Assembly (NCBI GenBank): GCA_031549385.1
Contig: JAVBPW010000001.1
Span: forward strand, 320,001-384,000
DNA from: Alphaproteobacteria bacterium
Lineage (GTDB): Bacteria; Pseudomonadota; Alphaproteobacteria; Rs-D84; SZUA-605
Length of the DNA stretch: 64,000 nt
Reading direction: 5' to 3'
Below, piece by piece: positions 38,003-51,396 of the stretch. The position numbers and the translations under genes were made by a program. The notes beneath the pieces are model-generated. The model searched no databases and was not told where the DNA came from. It saw nothing but the letters and a program-made list of their open reading frames with translations. Each line of letters begins with the position of its first letter. The first letter of the stretch is position 1.

Positions 38003-41000
38003 ATGAAAACTTTTAGATACAATTTTGGTAAAACAAAATCTCCTATTGATATACCTGATTTATTGGAAATCCAATTAGAATCTTATGAAAAATTTTTACA
38101 AATGGATGTTAAACCTGAAGAAAGAAAAGATGAAGGTTTACAAGGTATTTTTAAAGAACAATTTCCTATCATTGACCAATCTTCAAATGCTGAATTGGAT
38201 TTTGTGAAATATGAAATTGCTAAACCTGAATATTCTATGGAAGAATGTATCAGACGTGATATGACATATAGCGGAAAACTTAGAGTGTTATTCCGTTTAA
38301 TTGTTTGGGACGTTGATGAAAATACTGGTGCTAAAACTATCCGTGATATTAAAGAACAAGATGTGTTTATGGGTGCTATTCCACTTATGACAAAAAGAGC
38401 TACTTTCATATTCAATGGAATTGAAAGAGTTGTAGTTTCACAATTACAACGTGCACAAGGTGTATTCTTTTCTAATGGTAAAGCTCATATTTCTGGTAAG
38501 GTTATTTATAATGCAAGAATTATTCCTTATCATGGTTCATGGTTAGATTTTGAATTTGATCATAAAGATATTTTATATGTGCGAATCGATAGACGTCGTA
38601 AACTTCCAGTGACTACTTTGCTTTATGCATTGCCTGGTAAAGAAGATGGTGATAATGCTGATGTTCGTGATGTTACTTTAAAAGGTATGAGCAAAAAAGA
38701 AATTTTAAAGAAATTCTATTTGATTAGACCTATTGAAAAAAGTGGTGAAAATTGGAAGACACCTTTCAAATCATCTCACTTTAATAAAACTTATAAATTA
38801 GTTCATCCTATTATTGATGCTGATACAAATAAAGTGTTAGTTGAAAAAGGTATGAGAATTAATGGAATTAAAGCTCAAAGATTAGAAAAAGAAGGATTGA
38901 AAAATTATATTCTAACATCTGAAGAATTAGTAGGATTTTATGTTTATGATGATATCGTTGATCCAAAAACAAATGAAGTAATCTTAAGTTCAGGTGATGA
39001 AATCACTGAAGAAGCTATGGCAAAAATTAATGCTGCTAAGATTTCAAAAATTACTACATTATATGTTGATCACGTTAACGTTGGTTCACATATTTTAGAT
39101 ACTTTGAATTTAGATAAAAATAATACAAGAGAAAAAGCATTGGCTGCTATTTATCAAGTAATGCGCCCAGGGGAACCTGCTACTATTGATGCTTCATCTG
39201 ATTTGTTTTATAAAATGTTCTTCGATCCATTAAGATTTGATCTTTCTGGAACTGGACGTTTCAAAATGAATAGAAGACTTGGTATTTCTTCTGAAGAAGC
39301 TCCTGAAGATTTAGGAACTTTGAGAAAAGAAGATATTCTTGTTACATTAAAAGAATTAATCAATATTAAAGATGGAAAAGCTGAAGTTGATGATATCGAT
39401 CACTTAGGTAATAGAAGAATCCGTTCAGTTGGTGAATTATTAGAAAATCAATACAGAATGACTTTTGTTAGAATGGAACGTCAAGTACGTGAAAAAATTG
39501 GTTCAATTAATATTGATACAGTTCAGCCACAAGATGTTATTAATGCAAGACCTGTTATTTCTATGTTGAAAGAATTCTTTGGTTCTGGTCAATTATCACA
39601 ATTGTTAGATCAAGATAATCCTCTTTCAGAATTAGATAATAAAAGAAGAATTTCAGCACTTGGACCATCAGGATTAACTTCTGATAGAGCAGGGTATGAA
39701 GTTCGTGACGTGCATCCAACTCATTATGGAAGAATTTGTCCTATTCAAACACCTGAAGGAGCTAATATTGGTTTGATTTCTTCTTTGGCTACTTATGCTA
39801 AAGTTAACCAATATGGTTTCTTAGAAACACCTTACAGAAAAGTTGCTAATGGTGTTGTTACTGATGAAGTTATTTATCTTTCTGCATTAGATGAAGGTAA
39901 ATATACTATTGCTCAGGCTAATGAAATTCTTACAGATAAAAATACTTTCAAAAATGACATGATTAATGTTAGACGTAATGGCGACTTTACTATGGTGCCA
40001 AAAAATGAAGCTGATTTGATGGACGTTTCTACATCTCAAATTGTTTCTGTGTCTACATCACTTATTCCTTTCTTGGAAAATGATGACGCTAACCGTGCTT
40101 TGATGGGATCAAACATGCAGAAGCAAGCTGTGCCTTTACTTCGTCCAGAATCTCCAATTATTGGAACTGGAATGGAAGCAAAAGCTGCGATTGATTCTAA
40201 AGCTGTTATGGTTGCTAAAAACAATGGTATTGTACAATCTGTTGATGGTAACCAAATCGTTATTAAAGTATTAGACTCAAAGAAAAAAGTTAAAGGTGTT
40301 GATATTTATACTTTAGATAAGTTTATTAAAACAACTAAAGAAACTTGTATAAATCAAAGACCTATGGTTAATGTTGGTCAAGAAGTTAAAGTTGGCGATG
40401 TGCTTGTAGATGGATATGCTACAGAACGTGGAGAACTTGCTTTGGGACGTAACATACTTGTAGCTTTCATGCCTTGGAATGGATACAATTTTGAAGACTC
40501 TATCTTAATCTCAGAAAGAATTGTGCGTGATGATGTGTTTACTTCTATTCATATTAAGGAATTTGAAGTTTCTGCTCGTGATACAAAATTAGGACAAGAA
40601 GAATTCACTCGTGATATTCCAAATGTTTCTGAAGAAGCTTTGAAGAACTTAGACGAATCTGGAATTATCTATATTGGTGCTAAAGTTAAAGCAGGGGATA
40701 TTCTTGTTGGTCGTGTAACTCCAAAAGGTGAAGGATTAGAAACTCCTGAAGAAAAATTATTGCGCACTATCTTTGGTGAAAAAGCTATGGATGTTCGTGA
40801 TGCATCTTTACGTATGCCTACTGGAACAGAAGGTACTGTTGTGGATGTTAGAGTATTCTCACGTAAGGGAGTAAAACAAGATGAACGTTCTTTGATTATT
40901 GAACAACAAGAAATCGAAAATTTAAAAGCTCAAAAAGAAGCTCAATTTAAAATTTATAAGGGTTCTTTTGTTGAACAAATGCAAGGTATTGTTGTTGGAA

Positions 41001-42133
41001 AAACTTTAGCAACTAATGTAAAAGGTTTTGGAAAGAAAGGTGATAAAGTTTCTAAAGAAGATTTAGAAAATGCTTCTGTTGCTTCTTTGAAAGCTTTGGT
41101 TGTTGATGATCCAAAAGTTCAAGAACAAATTAAAACAGTTATGGATGTTTATGAAAAACAATTAAAAGAAATTGAAGATATCTATAATAACCAAGTTGAA
41201 AAATTACGCCGTGGTGACGAATTAATGCCAGGAGTTTTAAAGTCTATTAAAGTTTCTGTTGCAATTAAAAGAAAATTACAACCAGGTGATAAACTTGCAG
41301 GACGTCACGGAAATAAGGGTGTGGTTTCTAAAGTAGTGCCACTTGAAGATATGCCTTATCAAGAAAATGGACAACCTATTGATATCATTCTTACACCACT
41401 TGGTGTGCCTTCACGTATGAACATCGGACAAATTTTGGAAACTCATTTAGGTTGGGCTTGCAAAGGTATTGGTGAACAAATTGGTGAAATTTATGCACAA
41501 TATTGTGATAAGAAAGCTTCTATCAATGAAGTTAGAGATGTTGTAAAAAGTTCTTATTCTTTGGAAGATCAAAATAAAATTGATGATCTATCTGATTCTG
41601 AATTTAAAGAACTTGCTTCTTATATTTCAAAGAAAGGTATTTCTATTGCTACTCCTGTGTTCGATGGAGCTAAACAAAATGATATTGAAAAATGGTTAGA
41701 AAAAGCTGGATTGGATAAATCAGGACAAGTTCAATTGTTTGATGGAAAAACTGGTGAACCATATGAAAGAAAAACAACTGTTGGATATTTGTATATCTTG
41801 AAGCTTCACCACTTAGTGGATGAAAAGATTCACGCTCGTTCAGTTGGATCATACTCTTTAGTTAACCAACAACCTCTTGGTGGAAAGGCTAACTTCGGAG
41901 GACAAAGATTCGGAGAAATGGAAGTGTGGGCATTAGAAGCTCATGGAGCATCACATATATTACAAGAAATTTTAACTGTTAAGTCTGACGACGTTGCTGG
42001 AAGAACTCGAGTTTATGAAACTATTGTTCGCGATGACAATAACTTTGAATCTGGTGTGCCAGAATCATTTAATGTGCTCGTTAAAGAAATGCAATCACTA
42101 GGTCTTAACGTTGAATTGAAAAAAGCTAATTAA
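38003..42133 (+). CDS. rpoB: RNA polymerase beta subunit
   Basis: [34 protein letters not shown]. Confidence 0.99.
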   Translation: MKTFRYNFGKTKSPIDIPDLLEIQLESYEKFLQMDVKPEERKDEGLQGIFKEQFPIIDQSSNAELDFVKYEIAKPEYSMEECIRRDMTYSGKLRVLFRLIVWDVDENTGAKTIRDIKEQDVFMGAIPLMTKRATFIFNGIERVVVSQLQRAQGVFFSNGKAHISGKVIYNARIIPYHGSWLDFEFDHKDILYVRIDRRRKLPVTTLLYALPGKEDGDNADVRDVTLKGMSKKEILKKFYLIRPIEKSGENWKTPFKSSHFNKTYKLVHPIIDADTNKVLVEKGMRINGIKAQRLEKEGLKNYILTSEELVGFYVYDDIVDPKTNEVILSSGDEITEEAMAKINAAKISKITTLYVDHVNVGSHILDTLNLDKNNTREKALAAIYQVMRPGEPATIDASSDLFYKMFFDPLRFDLSGTGRFKMNRRLGISSEEAPEDLGTLRKEDILVTLKELINIKDGKAEVDDIDHLGNRRIRSVGELLENQYRMTFVRMERQVREKIGSINIDTVQPQDVINARPVISMLKEFFGSGQLSQLLDQDNPLSELDNKRRISALGPSGLTSDRAGYEVRDVHPTHYGRICPIQTPEGANIGLISSLATYAKVNQYGFLETPYRKVANGVVTDEVIYLSALDEGKYTIAQANEILTDKNTFKNDMINVRRNGDFTMVPKNEADLMDVSTSQIVSVSTSLIPFLENDDANRALMGSNMQKQAVPLLRPESPIIGTGMEAKAAIDSKAVMVAKNNGIVQSVDGNQIVIKVLDSKKKVKGVDIYTLDKFIKTTKETCINQRPMVNVGQEVKVGDVLVDGYATERGELALGRNILVAFMPWNGYNFEDSILISERIVRDDVFTSIHIKEFEVSARDTKLGQEEFTRDIPNVSEEALKNLDESGIIYIGAKVKAGDILVGRVTPKGEGLETPEEKLLRTIFGEKAMDVRDASLRMPTGTEGTVVDVRVFSRKGVKQDERSLIIEQQEIENLKAQKEAQFKIYKGSFVEQMQGIVVGKTLATNVKGFGKKGDKVSKEDLENASVASLKALVVDDPKVQEQIKTVMDVYEKQLKEIEDIYNNQVEKLRRGDELMPGVLKSIKVSVAIKRKLQPGDKLAGRHGNKGVVSKVVPLEDMPYQENGQPIDIILTPLGVPSRMNIGQILETHLGWACKGIGEQIGEIYAQYCDKKASINEVRDVVKSSYSLEDQNKIDDLSDSEFKELASYISKKGISIATPVFDGAKQNDIEKWLEKAGLDKSGQVQLFDGKTGEPYERKTTVGYLYILKLHHLVDEKIHARSVGSYSLVNQQPLGGKANFGGQRFGEMEVWALEAHGASHILQEILTVKSDDVAGRTRVYETIVRDDNNFESGVPESFNVLVKEMQSLGLNVELKKAN

Positions 42134-42147
42134 AGGGGATAAGAAAG

Positions 42148-45100
42148 ATGAAAAATAATTTAAAACTATTCTCAAATGTTACAAAAGAAGAAATGTTTAA
42201 CAAGGTTAAAATATCTATTGCTTCCCCTGATCAAATTAGATCTTGGTCTTTTGGTGAAGTGAAGAAACCTGAAACAATTAATTACAGAACATTTAAACCA
42301 GAAAGAGATGGATTATTCTGTGCAAAAATATTTGGACCTATGAAGGATTACGAATGTTTATGTGGAAAATATCGCAGAATAAAATATCGTGGAGTAATCT
42401 GTGAAAAATGTGGTGTGGAAGTTACTATTAAAAAAGTTCGTCGTGAACGTATGGGACATATCGAACTTGGTACTCCTATTGCTCATATTTGGTTCTTTAA
42501 ATCACTTCCTTCACATTTAGGTGTGTTGCTTGATCTTCCTATGAAGAAAATGGAATCAGTGATTTATTTTGATAACTATATTGTTATTGAACCAGGTTTA
42601 ACATCACTTAAACTTTATGATACTATTTCTGAAGAACAATATCAAAGTGCTTTAGAAGAATACGGCGAAGATTCATTTAAAGTAGGAATCGGAGCTGAAG
42701 CTTTTAAAGAAATTTTAGCAAGTCTTGATTTGGAAGAAGAAAGAAAAAATTTAAGAGTTGCTTTGAAAGAAACTAAATCAGAAACTGTTAGAAAAAAAAT
42801 TGTTAAAAGATTAAAATTAATCGAAAACTTTATCGAATCTAAAGCAAGACCAGAATGGATGGTTATGAATGTACTTCCTGTTATACCACCAGATCTTCGT
42901 CCTTTAGTTCCACTTGATGGTGGAAGATTTGCTACTTCTGATTTGAATGATCTTTATCGTCGTGTTATCAACAGAAATAACAGATTGAAAAAACTGATTG
43001 ATATTAAAGCACCAGAAATTATCGTACGTAACGAAAAAAGAATGTTACAAGAAGCAGTTGATGCTTTGTTTGATAATACTATGGGAAGTCGTCCTGTTAT
43101 GACACATAACAAGAGACCATATAAATCATTGGCTGATAACTTAAAAGGAAAACAAGGACGTTTCAGACAAAACTTACTTGGAAAACGTGTGGATTATTCT
43201 GGAAGATCTGTTATCGTGGCTGGTCCTGAATTGAAATTACATCAATGTGGATTGCCTAAGACTATGGCTTTAGAATTATTTAAACCATTCGTATTTTCTA
43301 AATTAGTTTCTCGCGGTCATGCTAATACTATTAAGACTGCAAAGAAAATGGTTGAAAAACAATTACCAGAAGTTTGGGATATTTTAGAAGAAGTGATTTT
43401 CGAACACCCAGTGTTATTAAATCGTGCTCCTACATTACATAAACTTTCTATTCAGGCTTTTGAACCATTACTTATTGAAGGTAAAGCTATCCAATTGCAC
43501 CCGCTTGTATGTAAAGCGTTTAATGCTGACTTCGACGGTGACCAAATGGCTGTTCACGTTCCTTTGTCTGTTGAAGCTCGATTAGAAGCTCGTGTTTTAA
43601 TGATGGCATCTAATAATATTATTTCATCTTCAAATGGAAAACCTATTATTACTCCTACACAAGACATGGTTCTTGGGGTTTATTGGTTGTCACTTGAAAA
43701 AGATGGTGAAGTTGGTGAAGGAAAAATATTCTCTTCAATTGATGAAATCAAAATGGCTTTAGAATATAAACAAGTTACTTTGCATACTAAAATTAAAGCA
43801 AGAAGATTTGATGGCGAAAAAAATACTGTAGTTGATGCTACTGTTGGAAGAATGTTAATTGATGAAGTGTTTCCAAAACATCCAGGATTGTCATTTTCTT
43901 TAATCAACAGAGTTATAAGAAATAAAGAACTTGCAGAATTAATTTCAGTTATCTATGACGTTGCTGGATCTAAAGATGCTGTTATCTTTGCTGATAAAAT
44001 CAAAAATCTTGGATTTAAACATGCAACACACGCTGGAATTTCTATTGGTAAAGACGATATCTTGGTTCCAGATGCAAAATCAAAATTGTTGAAAGATGCT
44101 TATGATCAAATTGCAGAATTTGAAGCTCAATATCAAGAAGGTTTGATTACTACTGGTGAAAAACATAATAAGAGTATTAGTGTTTGGATGGCATGTACTG
44201 ATTCTATTACAAAAGAAATGATGAAAGTTCTTTCTGCTGATAAAAACTTTAACTCTATTTATATTATGGCTACATCTGGTGCTCGTGGATCTACAAAGCA
44301 AATGAGTCAGTTAGGTGCGATGCGTGGAGTATTGTCTAAACCTAATGGAGATATTATCGAAACCCCTGTTACTTCAAACTATAAAGAAGGTTTGACTGTG
44401 GCTGAATACTTTAATTCAACTCATGGTGCTCGTAAGGGATTAATCGATACTGCTCTTAAGACAGCTGAAGCTGGATACTTTGCAAGAAAGCTTGTAGACG
44501 TTGCTCAAGATTCTATTATCACAATTGATGATTGTGGAACTGATAAAGGTCTTAGACTTTCTGCTGTTGTTGAAGGTAGCACAATCATACAATCACTTGG
44601 CGCAAGAGTAGTTGGAAGAGTTACATTAGAAGATGTTATTGATACAAAAACAAAAGAAGTTTTAGTAAAGAAAGATTCTTTAATTACTGAAATTGATGCT
44701 AAGAGAATCGATACTGCTTCTGTTAATGATATCCTTGTTAGATCTTCTATTACATGTGAAGCTAAGAGAGGAATCTGTGCAAAATGTTATGGAAAAGATA
44801 CTGTAACTAAAAACCTTATTAACTTAGGCGAAGCTGTTGGAGTTTTGGCTGCTCAATCTATTGCAGAACCTGGAACTCAGCTTACACTTAGAACATTCCA
44901 CGTTGGTGGTACTGCTCAAGTTGCTTCTGAAGTTTCTTCTGTTGAATCTTCTATTAATGGTGTTATCAAATTTAAAAATAATAACATTATTGGTGGTGAT
45001 GATAATAGAATCGTTATTTCAAGAAATATGGAAGTTTACTTGCTTGATGATTTAGGTCAAACTAAAGCAAGTTTCAAAATTCCTTATGGTTCTAAGATGT

Positions 45101-46272
45101 ATGTAAAAGATGGAGATAAGATTTCTATTGGTCAAAAGATAGCTGATTGGGATCCTTATATTTTACCTATTATCAATGAAGTTGAAGGTAGTGTTAAATT
45201 TAGAGATTTAGTAGAACATGTTTCTTATAAAGAAGATATAGATTCAAATTCAGGTGTTACTGTAAAATCTATTATCGATTGGAGATTCTCTGCTAAGGGA
45301 CAAAATTTAAAACCTCATATCGAAATTGTTGATGCTAGTGGTCATGTTCTTACATTAGACTCTGGTATGGAAGCTACTTATATGCTTTCAATTGGAACTG
45401 TGCTTTCTGCTAAAGATGGTGCTAAAGTGAAAGTTGGAGATGTGCTTGCTTACTTACCTCGTCAAACATCTAAGAACGTTGATATCACAGGAGGTCTTCC
45501 AAGAGTTACTGAATTGTTCGAAGCAAGACGTCCTAAGAATGCAACTATTATGGTAGAAAAAGATGGTGTTGTAGAATTTGGTGGAAATTATAGAACTCGA
45601 TTATTGGTTAGAATTAAACCAGACGATGGAACAGAGCCTATTGAATATTCTGTACCAAAGGGATTACAACTTAACGTACAATCTGGTGACTATGTAAAAA
45701 AAGGTGAATATCTTTTCAATGGTAACCCAGCTCCTGCTGATATTCTTAGAATATTAGGAGTAGAAGCTTTGGCTGATTACTTGATTAAAGAAATTCAATC
45801 TGTGTTCCGTCTTCAAGGTGTGGAAATTAACGATAAGCACTTCGAAGTTATAATCAGACAAATGTTGAAAAAACAACAAATCGCTGACGCTGGGGATACT
45901 ACATTCTTAGTTGGTGAAGAAGTTGATGAATTTGAATTGAACAGAGAAAATGAAAAAGTAATGGAAATCGGTGGCAGAATTGCTGTTGCTGAAAATGTTT
46001 TACTTGGTATTACTAATGCTTCTTTGAAATCACGTTCATTTATTTCTGCTGCGTCTTTCCAACACACAACTCAAGTGTTAACCCAAGCTGCTGTGTCAGG
46101 TAAAGAAGATAACTTAGAAGGATTGAAGGAAAATGTAATCGTTGGAAGATTAATTCCTGCTGGAACAGGTGCATACATCAACCGTGTTGTTGAAGTTGCA
46201 GAAGAACTTGATGGTGCTTCTGTTGAACCTGAAGAAAAGGAAGAACAATCACAATTGTTACCAGGAATGTAA
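42148..46272 (+). CDS. rpoC: RNA polymerase beta' subunit
   Basis: Zinc finger, [19 protein letters not shown]. Confidence 0.99.
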   Translation: MKNNLKLFSNVTKEEMFNKVKISIASPDQIRSWSFGEVKKPETINYRTFKPERDGLFCAKIFGPMKDYECLCGKYRRIKYRGVICEKCGVEVTIKKVRRERMGHIELGTPIAHIWFFKSLPSHLGVLLDLPMKKMESVIYFDNYIVIEPGLTSLKLYDTISEEQYQSALEEYGEDSFKVGIGAEAFKEILASLDLEEERKNLRVALKETKSETVRKKIVKRLKLIENFIESKARPEWMVMNVLPVIPPDLRPLVPLDGGRFATSDLNDLYRRVINRNNRLKKLIDIKAPEIIVRNEKRMLQEAVDALFDNTMGSRPVMTHNKRPYKSLADNLKGKQGRFRQNLLGKRVDYSGRSVIVAGPELKLHQCGLPKTMALELFKPFVFSKLVSRGHANTIKTAKKMVEKQLPEVWDILEEVIFEHPVLLNRAPTLHKLSIQAFEPLLIEGKAIQLHPLVCKAFNADFDGDQMAVHVPLSVEARLEARVLMMASNNIISSSNGKPIITPTQDMVLGVYWLSLEKDGEVGEGKIFSSIDEIKMALEYKQVTLHTKIKARRFDGEKNTVVDATVGRMLIDEVFPKHPGLSFSLINRVIRNKELAELISVIYDVAGSKDAVIFADKIKNLGFKHATHAGISIGKDDILVPDAKSKLLKDAYDQIAEFEAQYQEGLITTGEKHNKSISVWMACTDSITKEMMKVLSADKNFNSIYIMATSGARGSTKQMSQLGAMRGVLSKPNGDIIETPVTSNYKEGLTVAEYFNSTHGARKGLIDTALKTAEAGYFARKLVDVAQDSIITIDDCGTDKGLRLSAVVEGSTIIQSLGARVVGRVTLEDVIDTKTKEVLVKKDSLITEIDAKRIDTASVNDILVRSSITCEAKRGICAKCYGKDTVTKNLINLGEAVGVLAAQSIAEPGTQLTLRTFHVGGTAQVASEVSSVESSINGVIKFKNNNIIGGDDNRIVISRNMEVYLLDDLGQTKASFKIPYGSKMYVKDGDKISIGQKIADWDPYILPIINEVEGSVKFRDLVEHVSYKEDIDSNSGVTVKSIIDWRFSAKGQNLKPHIEIVDASGHVLTLDSGMEATYMLSIGTVLSAKDGAKVKVGDVLAYLPRQTSKNVDITGGLPRVTELFEARRPKNATIMVEKDGVVEFGGNYRTRLLVRIKPDDGTEPIEYSVPKGLQLNVQSGDYVKKGEYLFNGNPAPADILRILGVEALADYLIKEIQSVFRLQGVEINDKHFEVIIRQMLKKQQIADAGDTTFLVGEEVDEFELNRENEKVMEIGGRIAVAENVLLGITNASLKSRSFISAASFQHTTQVLTQAAVSGKEDNLEGLKENVIVGRLIPAGTGAYINRVVEVAEELDGASVEPEEKEEQSQLLPGM

Positions 46273-46290
46273 AATAGGAGAATAAAACGC

Positions 46291-47226
46291 ATGTATTTCG
46301 AATATTATTTAATAGGTTTTGTAATTTTAGTTATGCTGATGTCAGCTTATAAAAAAAATAATCTTAAGGGCCTATTAAATAGTATCGGAGCCATTGCTTT
46401 TGCAGTGTGTTTAGCTCTTGGAGTTAGATCATTTTGGTTCGAACCTTTTAATATTCCTTCTGGATCTATGATTCCTACTTTGGAAATTGGAGATCATCTT
46501 TTTATTTCTAAATATTCTTATGGATATACTCGTTTTTCTTTTCCGTTATCACCTTCTTTCTTTAAAGGAATTTGGTTTGATAAACCTATTAAAAGAGGGG
46601 ACATAGTTGTGTTTAGAAATCCTGATAATTTGAAAGTTGATTTTATTAAGCGTGTTGTTGCATTGCCTGGTGAAAAAGTTCAAATGAAAGGTGGAACCCT
46701 TTATATAAATGGTAAGAAAGTTGAAAAGAATTACGTTGGTGAATATGTTATGGCTGATTTAGCTAGACAATGGGAAGGTCGACCACTTCCTACTAAGGCA
46801 GGAAACAGAATCGTTAAAGTTGTTAAAAATGATTTGTATTTAGATGGTCAAAAATTTGATAATTATACTATTAATTATTCTGAACTTTATAATTGTATGG
46901 GAACTTGTGAACCATTTGTTTTGAAAAAATATAAAGAAACATTACCTAATGGAGTTAGCTATTTTGTTATTGAAAAAAGTGACATGGAAGCTTTAGATAA
47001 TACTCCTGAAGTTGTTATACCTGAAGGACAATATTTTATGATGGGTGATGATAGAGATTTTTCTGGCGATAGCCGTGTTTTTGGACCTGTGAATAAAGAA
47101 AATGTTATTGGTAAAGCTAGATTTATTTTCTTTTCTCATAACCACAGAAAACCATTTTTATCTTGGATAGTTTGGCCTTTTGGTCAACTTAGATTTGATA
47201 GATTTTTCGATAAAATCCAAGACTAG
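46291..47226 (+). CDS. lepB: Signal peptidase I
   Basis: IPSGSMIPTL, FIKRVVALPG, MGDDRDFSGDSR. Confidence 0.95.
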   Translation: MYFEYYLIGFVILVMLMSAYKKNNLKGLLNSIGAIAFAVCLALGVRSFWFEPFNIPSGSMIPTLEIGDHLFISKYSYGYTRFSFPLSPSFFKGIWFDKPIKRGDIVVFRNPDNLKVDFIKRVVALPGEKVQMKGGTLYINGKKVEKNYVGEYVMADLARQWEGRPLPTKAGNRIVKVVKNDLYLDGQKFDNYTINYSELYNCMGTCEPFVLKKYKETLPNGVSYFVIEKSDMEALDNTPEVVIPEGQYFMMGDDRDFSGDSRVFGPVNKENVIGKARFIFFSHNHRKPFLSWIVWPFGQLRFDRFFDKIQD

Positions 47227-47272
47227 AATTTTTAATAAAAACATTTTAAATAAATAATCAAACATAAATACT

Positions 47273-47569
47273 ATGGCTGATAATAGAAATAGGTATAAGT
47301 TTCAATTCAATGCTGGTAAAAGTGAGTTGGGACGACCAATAGTAGAGCAACAGGTAATTGATGGTGACTTGGTTTTATCAGACAACTGGTCACAAGAAAA
47401 CTTTGCTAGAGAAATTTTCCAAGACTTGATGGATGATTATAAAAAGTCATCTACAGCTAATGGTGACAGATCATTTAAGATTAAGTTTACTTTTAAACTT
47501 TTTGATACTTTACAACAAGAGGCTGTGAAAGAATATCAGAGGTATTGTTTTGTTTCAAGTTTAAAGTAA
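47273..47569 (+). CDS. Hypothetical ORFan (98 aa)
   Basis: SD-less leader ATAATCAAACATAAATACT-ATG; terminator AAAAGCGGC..GCCGCTTTTT. Confidence 0.6.
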   Translation: MADNRNRYKFQFNAGKSELGRPIVEQQVIDGDLVLSDNWSQENFAREIFQDLMDDYKKSSTANGDRSFKIKFTFKLFDTLQQEAVKEYQRYCFVSSLK

Positions 47570-47617
47570 ATCTGATGTTAAAGGTATTAAAAAAGCGGCA
47601 TTTAGCCGCTTTTTTGT

Positions 47618-49015
47618 TTATTTCTTTTTAGAATCTTTCTTGGTTTCTTCTTTCTTTTCTTCTATTTTCTTTTCATTAGATTTTTCTTTAGCATCAATTT
47701 CTTTCTTTTCTTTTGCTAAAAAATCTTTTGGTTTTTCGTATACTGTTAAACCTTGTAAAATATCCATAGCTCTTTCAAGTTGGTAGTCTTTTACTTTTTC
47801 TTCTTTCTTATCATCTTTCTTTTTTGTTTCTTTTTTATCTAATGATTTTGCAAGAGAGTTTTCAGTAAACAATTCTTTTGATTCTATTTCTTCTACCTTT
47901 GCTTGTTTTACTTCAATATCTGGAATGATTCCTGTTCCTTGGATTGATTTTCCAGATGGTGTGAAATAACGTGCTGTTGTTATCTTTATAGCTGTTGAAT
48001 TACCAATTGAAAACATTGTTTGCACAGATCCTTTACCAAATGATTTTGTTCCAACTATTACTGCTCTTTTGTGGTCTTGTAATGCACCAGCTACAATTTC
48101 ACTTGCTGAAGCTGATCCACCGTTGATTAATACTACGATTGGTTTGTCTTCTGTTAAATCACCTTCTGTTGCAAAGCTTGATGATGAGTTTTTTGAATCA
48201 CGTCCACGTGTTGATACTATTTCGCCACTTTGTAAAAATGCGTCTGATACCAAGATAGCTTGTGGAAGTAATCCGCCAGGGTTGTTTCTTAAATCAACTA
48301 TATAACCTTTTATATTGCCTTTAGAGTCTTTATTTAACTTTCTGATACCTTTCTTTAAGTCATCAAATGTTTTTTCTGAGAATGTTGATACTCTGATATA
48401 ACCTAATGTTTTATCTCTTTTCAATTCTGTCTTTACAGCGTCTGCTCTTATTACAGCTCTTTTTAATGTTAAATTGAATGGTTCTTTGTTTTCACGGAAG
48501 ATTGTTAATTTAACTTTTGTTCCTGGTTTTCCTTTCATTTTTTTAACGGCATCATTTAAATTTAAACCTATTACTTGTTCGTCATCAATATGTGTTATTA
48601 AGTCGCCAGGTTCAATTCCAGCTTTTGAAGCAGGAGAATCATCCATTGGAGATATAACTTTTACAGCTTTTGTGTCTTTATCTAATGTGATTTGAATTCC
48701 AAGTCCACCAAATTCACCTGATGTGTCTTCTGTGATTTCTTTGTATTCTTCTTTATTTAAAAAGTGTGAGTGAGGGTCAAGAGAAGATAACATTCCATTC
48801 ATTGCTTCTTCAAGCATTTGTCTTTCATCTGTTTCTTCTACATAATTGTTTCTTGCCATTTCAAAAATTTCACCAAATAATTCCATCATTTGATAAATTT
48901 CTGTTTTTGATAAGTGTTCTACTTTTTTTTCAGCTTTTTTTGTTTGGCAGAATCCTGTTGTTGATATAGCAATTATTGTTAGTGATAATATGATATTTTT
49001 TAATAATTTTAACAT
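47618..49015 (-). CDS. ctpA: Carboxy-terminal processing protease (S41, PDZ domain)
   Basis: LDPHSH, GLGIQI, DLRNNPGG, SASASEIVAGALQD, GKGSVQ. Confidence 0.93.
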   Translation of the reverse strand: MLKLLKNIILSLTIIAISTTGFCQTKKAEKKVEHLSKTEIYQMMELFGEIFEMARNNYVEETDERQMLEEAMNGMLSSLDPHSHFLNKEEYKEITEDTSGEFGGLGIQITLDKDTKAVKVISPMDDSPASKAGIEPGDLITHIDDEQVIGLNLNDAVKKMKGKPGTKVKLTIFRENKEPFNLTLKRAVIRADAVKTELKRDKTLGYIRVSTFSEKTFDDLKKGIRKLNKDSKGNIKGYIVDLRNNPGGLLPQAILVSDAFLQSGEIVSTRGRDSKNSSSSFATEGDLTEDKPIVVLINGGSASASEIVAGALQDHKRAVIVGTKSFGKGSVQTMFSIGNSTAIKITTARYFTPSGKSIQGTGIIPDIEVKQAKVEEIESKELFTENSLAKSLDKKETKKKDDKKEEKVKDYQLERAMDILQGLTVYEKPKDFLAKEKKEIDAKEKSNEKKIEEKKEETKKDSKKK

Positions 49016-49062
49016 TTTTTCCCTCTTAGATTTTAACTTCAATTATTATAAAAGTATTGTTG

Positions 49063-50187
49063 TTAATTTACAATAAAATAATTACCTGGATTTAATGGTT
49101 TGTTCTTATACCTTATTTCTAGATATACTGTTCTGCTTTGGCCTACTTCTCCTACTGGAGTTCCTTTAGCTACATTTTGTCCTTCTTGTACATAAATAGC
49201 TCCTAAATTTGCTATGATTGTATGGAAGTTTTGATTGTGTTCAATAATGATTAATTTGTTATATCCTTTAAAGTAATCTGCGAAAATTACTACACCTTGG
49301 TGAGTTGATGTTACTGTTGCATCTGAACCTGTTCTTATTTTCCAACCGTCAGATTTAATTTTGTTTTCATTTGCTTCACCAAAAACTTGTATTATTGTTC
49401 CATCTGCTGGAAGTGGCGCTTTTGGTAGCCTTGGAGCAGTACCTGTATATTTTTCATATTTGTCTTGGGCTGTTTTTTTTGCTAATGCTTTTTTCAAAAA
49501 TTCTTCTAAGTTTCTTGACTGTTGAGCAAGCTTTTGAATGTTTGATTCCACTTGTTTCTTTTCACTTTTTATATCGTTTAATTTTTGAGTTTGCTCATTT
49601 ATGGTGGATTTCATAGATGATTGTTTTTGTGTTAAATCTTTTTTATTTCTGTCTATGTTGGTTTTTGTTTCTGAAATTTGTTCTTGATTTTTTTCTACCT
49701 TTTCAATTAAGTCATAATAAACTTTAAATTTTTCTTCTGATAAGATAATTGAGTTTTCTAATGTTATTGCTGATGTTAATTGATTTGATATGTCTGATGA
49801 AGTTTCAAGCAAAATAGGTTGTGGGGTTAATGCAAACATTTGTAAGATTGCTATTGCTTCTGACATTTCCTTTTGCATTTCTTTCATTTCTTGTTCATAT
49901 GTGTCTCTTTGCTTGTTTAAAAAAGTTAATTGAGAATCGAGATTGTTGATTTTCTTTTCAGATTCTCTTATTGAAGATGCTATTGTTATTAGTTTTTGCT
50001 CGTTAATAGATACTACTTTCTGGATTTCTTTGTCTTTTTGATCAAGTTTGCTTTTTTCTTGTTTTTGACGAGCTAACTCTTGTTTGAGCTTTACTAAATC
50101 TTGTTGTGTTTTTTCTTCCTGGGCAAAAACGAAGGATATATTACATAGAATTAGTGTCAAAATTAAAAAAAAGTGTTTTACTTTCAT
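49063..50187 (-). CDS. EnvC-like murein hydrolase activator (coiled coil plus degenerate M23)
   Basis: Long coiled coil; C-terminal LytM-like domain lacking zinc ligands; adjacent to ctpA. Confidence 0.85.
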   Translation of the reverse strand: MKVKHFFLILTLILCNISFVFAQEEKTQQDLVKLKQELARQKQEKSKLDQKDKEIQKVVSINEQKLITIASSIRESEKKINNLDSQLTFLNKQRDTYEQEMKEMQKEMSEAIAILQMFALTPQPILLETSSDISNQLTSAITLENSIILSEEKFKVYYDLIEKVEKNQEQISETKTNIDRNKKDLTQKQSSMKSTINEQTQKLNDIKSEKKQVESNIQKLAQQSRNLEEFLKKALAKKTAQDKYEKYTGTAPRLPKAPLPADGTIIQVFGEANENKIKSDGWKIRTGSDATVTSTHQGVVIFADYFKGYNKLIIIEHNQNFHTIIANLGAIYVQEGQNVAKGTPVGEVGQSRTVYLEIRYKNKPLNPGNYFIVN

Positions 50188-50229
50188 GAATTATAATTCT
50201 ATCATTATTGTAAGAAAAGGCAAGTAGCA

Positions 50230-51345
50230 ATGACTAAAAAAATGAATGTCATTTTAGATGACAAAATTATAGCCGGTATCTTTGCTTTGTTTCCAGGTAA
50301 GATTTATTTGGTTGGCGGAGCTCTTCGCAATTTTTTCCTTAAAAAAAATATTGGTGACTTTGACTTTGCGGTGGGAATTCCTTTTGCAGAAGTTTGTAAT
50401 ATATTAGATCAAAAGAAAGTAGTGTACCGAATCGTTTCTTCTGAATATGGAGTTGTTAGAGTTTTTGTTAAAAATAGAGAATTTGAAATTACTTCATTTC
50501 GAATCGATACTCAAACTTTTGGGAGAAGTGCAACTTGTACTTTTACTCCTGATATTTATCAAGATGCTAAACGTCGTGATTTTACTGTGAATGCTATTTA
50601 TATGGATGGGGAAGGAAACTTTATTGATCCTTATAATGGAATTACAGATATAAAAAATAAAATACTAAAGTTTATTGGTGATCCTTTAATCAGAGTTTCT
50701 GAAGATGTTTTGAGAATCTTGAGATATTTTAGGTTTTTACCTTACTTTCCTGTCATAGATAAGAAATCTTTTGATGTTTGCCATAACAGTATTTACTTAG
50801 TTGAAACACTATCTGCGAATCGAATTAGAGATGAATTAGAAAAAGCTTTAGATAGTTCTATGTGTTTTGAGATTATTGAATATTATTATAAATATAAAGT
50901 GTTTAAATTTGTTCCTGATGCACTTGAAAATTATAAAAAACTTTTAAAACAAGAAAAAATTCAAGGACAAACTTCTTGGATTAGAGCTTTGTTTGTTTTG
51001 TTTAAAGATTATTCCTTTGTTGGTTTGAAAAAAGAAGAACTGAAACATTTACAAAATCTTAAGTCTGCATTTGCTGAAAACTTAACTCCTAGAGTTTGTT
51101 GGTTTTATTATGGTAAAAATATAACCTATGATCTTTGTTTGATGCAAAATAAATTAGATGAATTCTGTCAAATAGATGATGTTATTTTTCCTGTTTCTTT
51201 CAATGAAGCAGAGGCTCTTTTGAAAAAAGATTTGCCTAAAGTTATTATTAGAAAATACAATTCTATGAAAGAAAAATGGATAGAGTCAGATTGTATGTTG
51301 AATAAAAAGGAACTCTTGAAGATTTTAGTTGAGTTTTCATTTTAA
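50230..51345 (+). CDS. cca: CCA tRNA nucleotidyltransferase / poly(A) polymerase family
   Basis: VGGALRN, DFDF, DAKRRDFTVNA, EDVLRILRYFRF. Confidence 0.88.
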   Translation: MTKKMNVILDDKIIAGIFALFPGKIYLVGGALRNFFLKKNIGDFDFAVGIPFAEVCNILDQKKVVYRIVSSEYGVVRVFVKNREFEITSFRIDTQTFGRSATCTFTPDIYQDAKRRDFTVNAIYMDGEGNFIDPYNGITDIKNKILKFIGDPLIRVSEDVLRILRYFRFLPYFPVIDKKSFDVCHNSIYLVETLSANRIRDELEKALDSSMCFEIIEYYYKYKVFKFVPDALENYKKLLKQEKIQGQTSWIRALFVLFKDYSFVGLKKEELKHLQNLKSAFAENLTPRVCWFYYGKNITYDLCLMQNKLDEFCQIDDVIFPVSFNEAEALLKKDLPKVIIRKYNSMKEKWIESDCMLNKKELLKILVEFSF

Positions 51346-51396
51346 GTTATTAAAATATTTAAATGAAAATATTTAAGTGTTTTTAAGGAGAGAAAT

